NCBI GenBank assembly: GCA_951406725.2
Contig: OX597830.1
Location: 41,788,001-41,852,000 of the forward strand
Length of the DNA stretch: 64,000 nucleotides
Reading direction: 5' to 3'
Origin: Octopus vulgaris
Taxonomy: Eukaryota
The notes beneath the pieces were generated by a model. The model did no database searches and was not told the origin of the DNA. It saw only the letters and a list, made by a program, of their open reading frames with translations. The position numbers and the translations under genes are program-made. Every line of letters starts with the position of its first letter. The first letter of the stretch is position 1. This document shows, in pieces, positions 39,871-52,115 of this stretch.

Positions 39871-41759
39871 ATGTTTTTATTTTGTAATATAGTGTGAGTC
39901 TATCAAATAATAACTAAATTCAATAACTTTGATCCAGTTTGTGTGTTTGTATGTAATAGACTGAGACTCATAATGTATTTTGTTTTATATCTGTTTTTGA
40001 TATTTCATCAAAAGGTTCAAAGGACAGCTGGTTCCCCAAAAGGCTGATACTATGGCCTTCCATCATGAAGTGGGTATTTTTTATGTTTCAGTCATCAGAC
40101 TATAGCTGTAATGGGACACTGTCTTCAAGGGTTTAGTCTAGCAAAATAATGCCAAGACTTATTCTATCAACCTCTCTCTCTCTCTTTTTTCTTTTTGTTC
40201 TGAACTATTACCTTAGGAGATATAAACAAACCAACCCTGCCAGTTGTCAAGCAGTAATATGGAGGTCACTTGTGCACACATATAAAACAAGCTTCTTTCA
40301 GTTTCCATCTACCAAATCCACTCCCAAGACTGGTTGGCCAGAGGTTGTAGTGGAAGACGTTTGCCCAAGATGCCATGCAGTGGGACTGAACCTAAGAACA
40401 CACAGTTGGGAAGCAAGCTTCCTACCATGCAGCCATGCCTTATTTAGAAATAAAGTGTGAATTTTGAAACCAGTAGTAATATGAGCAACCAGCTGAGACG
40501 TCATTTGCATTGTACAGAATCAAAGATGCAACTCCTAACAACCAAATCCACATCTAATAGACTATTAGAAGCTGGTTGGGTCTCAACACTTTAAGCACTG
40601 GTTTTACTGTTAAACAAATGATCTCTTGTTTTACACTGATGACTTCAACTCCTATTATCAGAAAGTTACTTATCAGAAACTGATGTCTCCTATTTCAGCT
40701 GATATTTTCCTCCACTGCTTAATGCTAGAGATGCTTTCCATAGACCAGTGGACCTTGGAATATTACCCCTCGTGATGACTTACAAACATCATGAGAATTG
40801 CAGCTAAGCAAACTGTCGAAATGGCTAATTGACCAAAATGTTGAACTGCTCATATCCCGTCATTATTGTTGAGTAGGTATTGTGTCCTTGACGTATATAA
40901 TTAACTCTCAAACTTACAGCAAGACACCTGTTTCTGTCTCTCTGCCTCACTATGACACAAGATCATCTCCTCCCAAGCTCCTTCCCCTCTCAAAAGAGGG
41001 CGGTTTTCTTTTTGCATTACAAGTACGTGGTGACCCTGTCAGTGCAGGTGCCACTTATAAGCATTCAGTCCACACCGTAAAGTATTTGGAAAAGCATCCA
41101 GCTGTAAAAACCATGTCAAAATTGACCTCACCTGTGCTTCTGTCATGTAAAAAGCACTAAGCCCGCTCTGCTGAATGGTTGGTGTTAGGAAGGGCAGCCA
41201 GCTGTAAAAATCCTGCCAAAAGAGTCAGAAGTCAGGGTCTCTGCACTCTTGAGATTCATTTTGAGTCTGCACAATGGTCAACTTTCAACTTGGCCTTTCT
41301 CAAGGTTGATAAAGAACCAATCCTCCAGTGGGGTTGACTCTTTCTCTCTGGAAGAAATTGACGATGATTAAACCCGAAGAGGAACAGTCTCTACCAGGTC
41401 TATAAATACTTATAAAAAGACAGGCTGTCTGTCATGATTACTACTAATAACTTCTCCAGTTGATGGAGGTATCAAGTTATCGAGGACAAGATATGTGATA
41501 AGTTGGTGACAGATTGTTTTAGATGGCTAATGTTTCAGGTTTTGCAGTAACTGAGTAGTAGTAGGAGGAGAAGAAGCTTAGAGTATTACATTAAAATGGC
41601 TGAGCATGATGAGCTACTGAGGAAATATTTCTATCAGCAACTTGACCAAACCATATATATTACAAATATTTGATTCAGTGAAGAAATTGGTAGCAGATTT
41701 GTAGATGGTTTAATTAAGATAAGTAATTTATAAAAAGTTATATCTCTGCCTACATTGAT

Positions 41760-42045
41760 TCTGCTGCTTTAAAGTCTCTCTCCCCATCAACAACTTGACT
41801 TTATCTTGACATGCATTAAAGCCATCCCTTTCCCCTTCTCTGAAATCATCATTTTCAGTAATTTCAATGCCCACAACACTTCTGGTTCTCAAACTCACCC
41901 GTCCCATACTTATGTCCCCTGAACATGAAATTGGATCTTTCAGAATTCCCAACTCTCTGCATTAACTTCTTTCATCTTTTATATGCACCCCTGATAGTCC
42001 CACAAAACAGAACTGCTCTCAGATCTTGGACAGTGATTCTACTAC
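41760..42045 (+). pseudogene. Degenerate LINE apurinic-type endonuclease fragment
   Basis: Frame reading PFSEIIIFSNFNAHN resembles the (G)DFNAH motif of CR1/Jockey-type APE domains. Confidence 0.4.
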
Positions 42046-42344
42046 TGCTGCTGCTGCTACTACTACTCACACACACCTCCTAAATTGCATCCAATCAAAG
42101 GAGCTCGGTTGATTATCATGAAGTCACTCACAAACACACCGAATGCCACAGTCACACTGTTCTCTCTGCCTTCTTTGCTGTTACTACAGTGGTATCTCCT
42201 CTACATATAAGACTCAAACTGAGAGAGCAAGTCACTGAGTAGTTGACTCATAGAAAAATTGGTGTAAGTTAAGAGTTAGTTTATATCTAGATGTAGAACC
42301 ACAGAAATTAGCAAGAGTTCTATTCCTGGTTTCAAATTTTGACA

Positions 42345-42660
42345 CAAGGTCAGCAGTTTTTAAAGAAAGAGACATGTTGACCCCCAGATACAAGGCCAGC
42401 AATTTTTAGGGAAGGAACATGTTGATCCCAGATACAAGGCCAGCAATTTTTAGGGGAAGAGAGATGTTGATCCCAGATACAAGGCCAGCAGTTTTTAGGG
42501 GAAGAGAGATGTTGACTCCAGATACAAGGCCAGCAATTTTTAAGGGGGAGAGAGATGTTGACTCCAGATACAAGGCCAGCAATTTTTAGGGGAAGTGACA
42601 TGTTGACTCCAGATACAAGGACAGCAATTTTTAGAGGAAGGGAGATGTTGACTCCAGAGC
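42345..42660. repeat. Minisatellite, 7 x ~45 bp, inside a minus-strand family C SINE
   Basis: Unit CAAGGCCAGCAATTTTTAGGGGAAGAGAGATGTTGACTCCAGATA; single-copy equivalent at 43436-43490 in another SINE copy. Confidence 0.95.
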
Positions 42661-42785
42661 TCAACTAATACTTATTTTATTGACCCTGAAAATATGAAAA
42701 GCAAGGTTTACCTCAGCAGGATTTTAACACAGAAAATAATGAATTGGAAGAAATACTGCAAAGCATTTTGTTTAATGCTCTAATA

Positions 42786-42932
42786 CAATGGTTCCCAACC
42801 TGTGGTATACAAAGGTAGTACTAGGGGTCCGTGAATATGTTAAACTGACAGACCTTTCAATATCCTGGAGTCTGTGGGAAAACTCATTTAAATAAAATGG
42901 GCCCTTGCTAGTGGAAAAGTTGGGAACCACTG
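42786..42932. mobile_element. hAT (Charlie-like) MITE
   Basis: CAATGGTTCCCAAC…GTTGGGAACCACTG with TSD CTCTAATA/CTCTGATA. Confidence 0.85.
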
Positions 42933-44156
42933 CTCTGATAGTTTATGCCAGCTCTCTGTCTTATCCTTTAGACAAATAATAATGTTTTATATGCTTTCAC
43001 CTAGAAATCGGAGCACAAAGGAAAGTGGCTGATGACTAATGTAACAAAATTATCATCACTTTACTATGATATGGGTCGAATAGATCTGCAATCTGGTATG
43101 ATGTTAGCATTCCTAATTCAATGTTATCACATCTGCGACGCTGGCTCTATCATTCTATCAGAAATTACTGCAGAATCAAATCTGGATCTTTCTCTGCCAC
43201 AGGTTAGGTAGGTTCAGCGAAAGGTTAATAGTGAAATCCCGCTGTGACCTTTCAGCCTCAACAATAACGGCAGCAGTGGCACTGCAACCACCACCACCAC
43301 TATCACCACAATCCTGCTGTCGCTGTCACTGCTACCATTTATGCCAATGTCACCACCACCATGACAACAAAAGTGCCTATTCAATAGGTTTGGTTTATTT
43401 GCTCTGAAGTTAAATATTGGTTTCAAATTTTGGCACAAGGCCAGCAATTTAGGGAGAGAGGATAAGTTGATTACATCAACACCCCCAGTGCACAACTGGT
43501 ATTTATTTCATTGACTACAAAAGGATGAAAGTCAAAGTTAACCTCAGCCGAATTTGAATTCACAGATTAAATGATGCTAGGAATCTTGCTTAGTGTGTTA
43601 ACGGTTCTGCCAGCTTGCTGTCATACTGAAATTAAATCTTATACATAAATGGCAATTTTTATCTGTTACCATCTCCGGGAATGTAGTGGGTGCTTTTAAC
43701 ATACCACCGGCACAAGAGCCAGTCAGGTGGGCCTAGCATTGATGACATCAGGCTTCTTTCAGTTTCCATCTACCAAATCCACTCACAAGGCTTAGATTAG
43801 CCCGAAGTTATAGTAGAAGACACTTGCCCAAGGTTCCACACAGTGGGACTGAATTTGGAACCAAGTGGTTGGGAGGCAAGCTTCTTACCACACAACCACA
43901 CCTATATATATATATATTTATTGCCTGCAAGGGGCTAAACATAGAGGGGACAGACAAATGGATTAAGTCGATTACATCGACCTCGGTGCGAAACTGGTAC
44001 TTTATTTATTGACCCTGAAAGGATGAAAGGCAAAGTCGACCTCAGCGGAATTTGAACTCAGAATGTAACGACAGATGAAATACCACTAAGCATTTCGCCC
44101 GGTGCAAAATATATATATTTTGCTTTGAATTTATGTGAAAGTGTATAGAATAATAT

Positions 44157-44870
44157 ATCAGTTGAATAAAGTTAAACCATGGTCTGGTTTTCATGTATAC
44201 TGCTAGATTCATCAGAACAAAAAATTGACAGAGTTTTGCTAATGCAGATATGAACTGCAAAAGCAGAAATTTGATCTATTACATTAAATGCCTAAATTGC
44301 GAGGAATTATATACAGGCAAGACGAAGAATGTGTTATTGGAACACTCACGAGTCTACAGACAACAAATCTGGACCACCAATGTTTGCCAAATTCCATTGA
44401 GCGAACATATAGAGACATGTGGTCAGAAAATGTTTCTAATTTTTCCTTTCCACAAACTACATGATGCAAGTAAAGTTGGAAGAAAGATAAAAGAGAAAAA
44501 CAGTTTATGAAAATGTTCAAACCTGTTCTGAACGGAAATAACACCAGTTAATGATGTGGATGAAGAAATAGCTCTTGCTTATAAATATAAACAAATTACA
44601 GCATATAGGTACATCTGGCAAACCATGATGTTTGAGAAGCAAGTGGATTGGTCAAAACCATATTCTAAGAATTCAGCATGTTGGAGTGTTCTAAGAGGTA
44701 CTAAAATTGTCAGGAACTCAACTGTCAGTTAAACACATTTGAAATCTGATGATTACTCTATGTATGAAAGCGCTAATTTTACTTTATGAGCATTAGAAAA
44801 TATTTTTTTAATGTTAAAATACCATAACAAATGTAAAAACCAGACCATGTTTTAACTTTATTCAAGTGAT
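44157..44870 (+). mobile_element. Penelope-like element (PLE) 3' fragment: GIY-YIG endonuclease remnant plus pLTR, with inverted ends
   Basis: ORF 44250-44510 CKSRNLIYYIKCLNCEELYTGKT…PLSEHIETC, continuing after a frameshift as FMKMFKPVLN; ~38-bp inverted repeat 44157-44195 / 44831-44870; hammerhead core downstream. Confidence 0.85.
44741..44780 (+). ncRNA. Minimal type I hammerhead ribozyme (possibly decayed)
   Basis: GAAAT-CTGATGA-TTACTCTATGTAT-GAAA-GCGC-TA-ATTTT: core boxes CUGAUGA and GAAA, stem I GAAAU/AUUUU, stem II UAC/GUA, palindromic stem III, predicted cleavage after A44775. Confidence 0.7.
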
Positions 44871-45080
44871 GTATATATATAGTTTAAACTTACAGAAAAA
44901 CAAAAGCAAAGACCGATGTATAAACAACAAGCAGGTGTATTAGTTTGATGTTCAGGAAGGTGTGAAAGTCTTGCATTTCAAGCCTATGCTCTTCAACGGA
45001 GAGGAACATGAGGAAATTAACAGAGAGAGAATAAAGGAAACTTGTGGATTTAGCGGTCAATCATGGCAACTGGTTGGACC

Positions 45081-45937
45081 CACAAGGCCTTGGTAGGCCT
45101 GAGGCTATTGCAGAAGACACTTGCTCGAGGTTCCATGCAGTGGGACTGAACCCAGAACCATGTGGTTGGGAAGCAAGCTTCTTACCACACAGCCACAGAG
45201 AAAATAAAACCCCAGCAATATTATTTTAGATTGGCTGTAATGGATCTATATGAAAAAAACTGTATGTATGTATGTTATATGCTTGTGAATGAGTGACCAA
45301 AAGAAAGAAAGTAACTCTCAACATATTTGGTTGGAGATAAATGTATTTGATAACAGTTTGACAGAGCCCCACATTCTCTGGTTTCGTGGGTGTAGGACAC
45401 CTCATCTAATGGGATGGACATGTCCAACACCTACAAAACTGTAAGTCACGTGCAGCTGATTCAATGCTGTGTGTGTGTATGTGTGTTATTCTTTTAATTG
45501 TTTCAGTCATTTGACTGTGGCCATGCAAGAGCGCCACATTTTAGTCGAAGAAATTGACTCCATACCTTATTCTATCGGTCTATTTTGCCGAACCGCAAGG
45601 TTACGGGGACGTAAACACACCAACATCGGCTGTCAAGCGAAGAGTAGTTGGAGGGGGGGGGGACAAACAGACACAAAGATATCCACATAACTACAAACAC
45701 ACACACACAAATACATATACGATGGGCTTCTTTCAGTTTCCGTCTACCAAGACCACTCACAAGGCCTTAGTCAGCCCAAAACTATTGTAGAAGACACTTA
45801 CTCAAGGTACCACGCAGTGGAACTGAACCCGGAACCATGTGGTTGGGAAGCAAGCTTCTTCCCACACAGCCACAGAAAAAATAAAACCCCAACAATCTTA
45901 TTTTAGATTGGCTGTAATGGATTTAAATGAAAAAAAT
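45081..45937. repeat. Local direct duplication of SINE head plus flank (45081-45260 and 45758-45937)
   Basis: Both minus-strand SINE heads are followed by the same ~65 bp AAAATAAAACCCC…TTATTTTAGATTGGCTGTAATGGAT…ATGAAAAAAA. Confidence 0.85.
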
Positions 45938-47304
45938 GATTTCTCATCAAATACAAAGGGATTACAGATCTACGAAATTACGGTGGTCTCTCTCTACCCA
46001 CCTTCCTCCTCCATTTTTTCTACAAAGTCAATCGATTCCGATTGGTTTGGAGGTTATATTTTTTGATAACACGCGAAAATAAAGTAAAGAAAACTCCAGG
46101 GTGGTCGGAGGGATCTGAGGTTCCCCTCTGTTTTTCGGGGTGTGGACGGGTGGGGAAAATCCCCTGCAGCATGTTCGGAGGTTAGATTGATTTATAATAC
46201 ACGAAAACACGAGTAAAAATAATTATTTTCCACTGAAATCGAGAGGAGTGTTCTATAAATTTACCTACCAAGGTTAAAAAATAAGTACTAGGGATCAATT
46301 TTTTTCGACTAACGGTGATACCCCAAGCACTGTCGCAATCCGATGACTGAAACAAGTAGAAGATGTGTGTGTGTGTGTTCTGTTTGTATTGTCTTTCATT
46401 TCCAATTTAGATATTTTACATTTGAAATTATCGTAAATTGTTTCTTTGTTTATCGGACCGTCGAAGATTAGATCAAAGTAACAAGTCACCGGCAGAAAAT
46501 GATTTCATTGTCAATAGGTCAGGTCATTGAACAGTATATTATTTCATTTCTGGGATCTTGAAATCGTTAAATTTATCCCAACCGTTTCAAGTTTTCCATT
46601 TTCAAATTTCCAGGAAAAAAAAAATGTGAATTTCGTCATCCGCATGCAAAATTACATCAGAATTACATTTTTTTTTTTCTAAAAATATTCTGTTGAAAAT
46701 TTGAAAAAACTTGGAGTGGTCTGAAGAAATTTAACAAGATCATATCAGTAGAGGTTTATTAGCTAATCAATGATGTAATTAAATGTTTGAATAACAAGGT
46801 AACAAATTTGGGCCGATGCAACAGGATACCTGCCAACCCTGTAAAAGCAGTACCCTAATAACTCGAACATTCAACAAGATATATTGGGCATATTTGCTCA
46901 TTGGTTTTTAGGGAAATAATCTGATATCAAACTATTTATATATATTTATTTTGGAGATGAACTTTACAGGCGAATAATTATATATGAGACCGTGTCTTAA
47001 AACTAAAACGATTGCAACGTTGCAGAAACAGACTGATCATTCAAAAAACTTCACTTAAATATTTATTATTTGGTGTAAAAATTATGGTTTCTGATATTTA
47101 TGAAAATATATTTTTCCTCACTTTTCAAATTTTCTTTTTATTTAAAGAAGACTATTTATTGCTGTTGTTTCTGGGGAGAGTCATTCCCTTTTGGTGCCTT
47201 ATTGCTGTGATATTTAAATAAAAATTCCAATTCGGCCAGATGCCTTTTGTTCGCTGTACTGGTTTAGTAATTGAGGGCCGTGCGTTGAATGCAATTAGCA
47301 GCAC

Positions 47305-47389
47305 ATGGCCTCAATAATGATGTCGTCCGTGTCTAAGTTTGCCCGTCCTATTAGGAATTATTCATATTCCGCACCTAGGATTAAAGAAG
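47305..47389 (+). CDS. MTPAP: Mitochondrial poly(A) polymerase exon 1 (targeting peptide MASIMMSSVSKFARPIRNYSYSAPRIKE)
   Basis: CACATGG start with in-frame upstream TAG; Ser/Arg-rich acid-poor presequence; donor G|GTATGG phase 1 matches exon 2. Confidence 0.75.
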
Positions 47390-48780
47390 GTATGGGTCAT
47401 TTCTGTATCTGTAACACATAAGAATGTACACACATCTATATAACAATGTTTACTCTTCCAGTCGAACCAACAAGGAAGCTACTACACAGTCGCTCGACCT
47501 GCTAGAAATAGCAGACAAATCACTTTCTCTCTCTCTATCAATTCGCACTGAAAAACAAATGACACAGACAGTGTAGTCATACATATACAAAAATATTGGG
47601 ATTGTTACAAGTGGAACACTTTTGCTCAGAGCAGACCTGACGTTAAACAATAACATATATTGTAGTAAGGTTTAAAGGACTTGTTGTTTATGAAATACAC
47701 CCTCACGTATTGTTTGTATTCCTGGTCTCCGTCCTAATAATAGAATTTCTCAAATAATACTCATCTGTCGTAGAAAAGAAGGATATATATATTGAATGAA
47801 TAATGTGGTCCCTGGGAAAACATAGGACTGTCTTTGCTGGGATGTCTGGTTATAGTTTGATCGTGTTGTGCTAACTCTTAACCTTGGGTCAAATAATAAT
47901 GAGGTCTTTCAAGGGTTTAGTTATTCGCCGGATTTCGGTTCTGTATAATAATAAGAGTTTATCTTGTAAAAAGTGAATGTTTTTTTTTGTTTCTGGGTAA
48001 AAGTGAAGTAAAGGATATTTAGTTATTTTTCCTGTAATGTATGGCTTTCTTCATCGAATGTGACTTTGTTTTGAACTTTCTGAAAAACTATCCCAAATAA
48101 GTTGGAATTTCTCCGTTTTGGTAGGGATTTTTACAATTCTTTTTGCACCGTGCATTTATAAAACAAAAGTTGGGAGGGGAGCCTTTTCTAAAAAAGGAAA
48201 AAAAATTAAATCCATAATTTTTAAACGTCTGATCCTTCCGTTTCCGATATGAAATTCACTGAAGACCCACTAACGATAGAATCAAGCAATTTCTAGTTTC
48301 GTTTTTTAGTTTTGTAATAAATAATTAAAAAGCACTTTGGTATGTTCCTGGAACAAGGTAAACATTTTCATGAGGTCTTGGAAACGAAAAAAAACCCAAA
48401 AAAACTCTCCACAAAACACGCCAATGACAATCTACCTGTTGGCAAGATATTACAAAGAAGACTGTGTTGTGACATTCATGCCTTTCTCAAGGTCATTATC
48501 GATGTAAACGAAGTGAAATAGTTACAGCCAGGTCGCGGACCCCACGTTACAGAGATCTTAGTTTGAGAAACGTGTTCTTGTTGGAGAATCGTTAAAATGT
48601 TGGGTAAAAGTGTTCACAGGTATTTAGTTATAGCCCTTTACGTTCTCTGTTCAAATTCCGTTGAGGTCGATTTTGCATTTCAATTTTCCGGGTATTTTCT
48701 GATGAAATAAGAACCAGTCAGGTACTGGGGTCAAGTTATGGTATACAAGAAAAAACATTGTCAACTAAAGTGTTTGTATG

Positions 48781-48909
48781 TTGTATCCTTGGAGGGTCAT
48801 TATGCCAATAATTAACGCGCACTGGTTAGTTTTCTTTATTGTTAGTCATTTGGTTAGTTAACCAACCTACTAACTGATTACTTCACGTAATGACCCTCTC
48901 AAGGTACAA
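48781..48909. mobile_element. Small MITE-like inverted repeat
   Basis: TTGTATCCTTGGAGGGTCATTATG … CGTAATGACCCTCTCAAGGTACAA. Confidence 0.6.
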
Positions 48910-49816
48910 AACAATTTGTTTCAACACACAAGTCCACATGAAGAATCTTGCAAATACAATATATATATATATATATAGCCATATAAAAATCCATTAGTCA
49001 GGAAAAAATATAGTAATATATTTGTCAATAGAATAGGTATGTTAATCAAAGTGTACAGCATTATCATCGTTTAATGTCCGTTTTCCATGCTAGCATGAGT
49101 TGGACGGTTCGACTGGAGTCTGGGAAGCCAGAAGGCTGCTCCAGTCTGATCTGGCAGTGTTTCTACAGCTGGATGCCCTTCCTAACGCCAACCGCTCTGT
49201 GAGTGTAGTGGGTGCTTTTTACGTGCCAGGCGAGGCTGGCAACGGCTACGATCGGTTAGTGCTTTTTACGTGCCACCGGCACAGGGATCACAGCTACAAT
49301 TTCCATTTTGTCAGCTTGCCACCTTACAAGTGTGAATATTAAAAATGTTTTTATTGGTGTAGACATTGCTGTGTGGTTAGGAAGTTCACTTCTACCATGT
49401 GGTCTTGGGTTCAGTCCCACTGTTTGGCACCTTGGAGAAAGTGTTTTCTACAATAGCCCTTAACTGACCAGAGCCTTGTGAGTGCTTGTGCTTGACAGAA
49501 ACTGAAAGAAACTCATCATACGTGTGTGTGTGTGCGTATGTACCTGTGTATTTATGTGTGTGTCCACGTTTATGCTTATGCTCCATAACTTAGTGGTTTG
49601 ACAAATAGAGACCAGACTTGAAAATAAATACTTGGGTTTATATGATTGTCAAAAACCTTTGAAGATGATGCTCAAGCATGGCCACAATCCAATGACTGAA
49701 ATTTAAAAAAATTGCTAAAGATTACATTAATAGTTTGAAAAATTATAACCAAATCTCCTCTCATTTAGAAATTAATCAACATATCTGATCCCTTTTTTTT
49801 CTGCTTATTTTTACAG

Positions 49817-50223
49817 GAAGCAAATCATCCGGTTATAACACCTATCGGAAGAGTTTCAGCCAACTTTGCATAGAACGAAAAGCTGAAGCCCACAGAAGCA
49901 TTCTGGTTAAGCTGAACAACAAAGAAGAGAGCAATTATGTCTATCAGTATTGCCAACAATTTGGTAAAATAGCAAATGCCATGCATTTCCAAAATGTAAA
50001 GAATTACGTTCTTATTGAATTTAAGAAGCAATCCTGTATTCCAAATTTGCTGTCTTCTGTTAGCCATTTTCAGAATGACAAAAAAATACCTGCTGAAACC
50101 CGTCTGTTGTGTTTGCCTTCACAGTTTAGCAAAAAGAAGGCAGAAATTCCTACTGGATCTTCGCTTGTCCGTTCCATTGAAGAAACACCTTTGCTGTTGT
50201 CTGATCTTGGTGCTGTCGACTCT
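49817..50223 (+). CDS. MTPAP: MTPAP exon 2 (N-terminal RRM-like RL domain)
   Basis: FSQLCIERKAEAHRSILVK…YCQQFGKIANAMHF…YVLIEF resembles the MTPAP RL domain; acceptor ttttacAG 49816, donor TCT|GTAAGT 50224. Confidence 0.88.
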
Positions 50224-50575
50224 GTAAGTATGAAAGCATGGAAGTAATACTGGTGACAGTGATGGTGAGTTGTGGTTGGAAACAGATGATGCTTCATCCG
50301 TTCCTTTCAAGCTGTTGCATGTCCTGACTTGATGTACTCGAGTTCCACCCTTGTATGGGTGCAGGGGTGGCTTAGGTGCAGTTGTGGCTGTGTGATTTAG
50401 AAGCTTGCTTCTCAACCGTGTGGTCTCTGGTTCAGTCCCTCCATGTGGCACCTTCAGCAAGTGTCTTATATTTTAGCCTTGTCAATGGATTTGGTAGATA
50501 GGAACTGAAAGAAGCCCATCATATATATGTGTGTGTGTGTGTGTGTGTGTATTTATATATATATATATAATATAG

Positions 50576-50840
50576 AGAGTTGAACAGACAGAACACAACG
50601 AGAAAAAGTGAGACAAAAGCAGAGCAAATGGCAAGCTAGACAAAAACTTAACAGACGGGAAATATAGATGAAGACATAATAAACAATATTTTGGGTCATT
50701 AACTGACGAGTAAAATTCAGCTGCAAATATTCCGTGTATTGTGTCTTTGTCTATATTTCCTGTCCGTTAAGTTTGTTTAGTTTCCCATTTGCTCTGCTTT
50801 TGCCTAAGTTCTCCTTGTTGTGTTCTGTCTGTTCAACCCT
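50576..50840. repeat. Long fold-back palindrome (~115-bp arms)
   Basis: GTTGAACAGACAGAACACAAC…AATATT is the imperfect reverse complement of AATATT…GTTGTGTTCTGTCTGTTCAAC; ~35-nt loop. Confidence 0.9.
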
Positions 50841-52115
50841 TGATGTATCCATGTAACACAACTCATGCCCCATTTGTTTACTTATATCATCATCATCATC
50901 ATCAAACATCTGTTTTCCATGCTAGCATGGGTTGGACGGTCCGACTGGGGTCTGGAAAGCCAGGAGGCTGCCCAGGCTCCAGTCTAATCTGGCAGAGTTT
51001 CTACAGCTGGATGCCCTTCCTAACACCAACCACTCCGTGAGTGTAGTGGGTGCTTTTTATGTGCCACTGGCACAGGAGCCAGAGGAGGCTGACAATGGCC
51101 ACGATTGTTTGGTGCTTATATATATATATATATATATATCTCATCATCATTGTCGTTTAATGTCCAATTTCCATGCTAGCATGGGTTGGACCATATATAT
51201 ATGTAATCTTTTAATATTTCACTTAGGCATAGTGAGGCTAATAACCTGGTGTAGAACTCAATATGCGTATGTTTCAGGATATGGTGTTAGATGAGTATAG
51301 AGTGGTAATAGGAAAAAAAGAGATGACACCAGAAAAAAATAAACAAAGGTTATATAATGACTTCCATTAGCTTGAGTCCCTGGGTAGCATCCCATAGCTT
51401 CAATAAGAAGTGCACTTTATTTGGGAAAAATTACATTTTCAGAACATCGAGAGTTGAGCCTCATGGAGACAAAGGGGCCAATGCCGGTGGTATGTGAAAA
51501 GCACCCTTTGAGTGTTGGGCCTCACAAAGGCAATGACTGAGGCCTTTGGCATTGTTGTTGTTGTTGGTGGTGGTAGTAGTAGTAGTAGTAGTAATGAGTT
51601 TTGCGAAAATTGATCATTTTATAAATATTCTTAATTCTATTTAGATGCAGAAATCCACGAATTTTGTTAATAATGTTTTGCTACGTGTCTTCGATTTCAT
51701 TCGGCAGTGGTGGGTGGTGGTGGTGGCTATTTGTTTCCAACACCTGACGTACATTGGACAGGTTATTTGAGCTTTATCTGCTTTTATATCTTATACTTTT
51801 GATCTCACTTCAGCTAACTTTTTCGCCTGTGTCATTAATTTCTCTACTATATCAGTTGTCTCCCTTGGCTACATCGGCTTCATAGCCAATTTTCTTTCAA
51901 CTTCTATGTTACGTTGACAATTTCTTTCTTTCCTGTAGTTGCATGTTCTGACTTTACTATTCAATTTTTCTCTTATACAACCTCTCACTTGTGAGACTCT
52001 CTTGTCATTATAATCTACGATAATTCCTTTACTATTTACAGAAGTAGTAACTTTTTCAAAGATCTTAACACACCAAATCAATCATTATCCTGTTAACAGC
52101 TCTATTGCTAATATA

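Noticed and set aside
42345-42660. CRISPR-like array
   Set aside because: Units are near-identical along their whole length with no unique spacers, derive from a SINE, and no cas genes; eukaryotic context.
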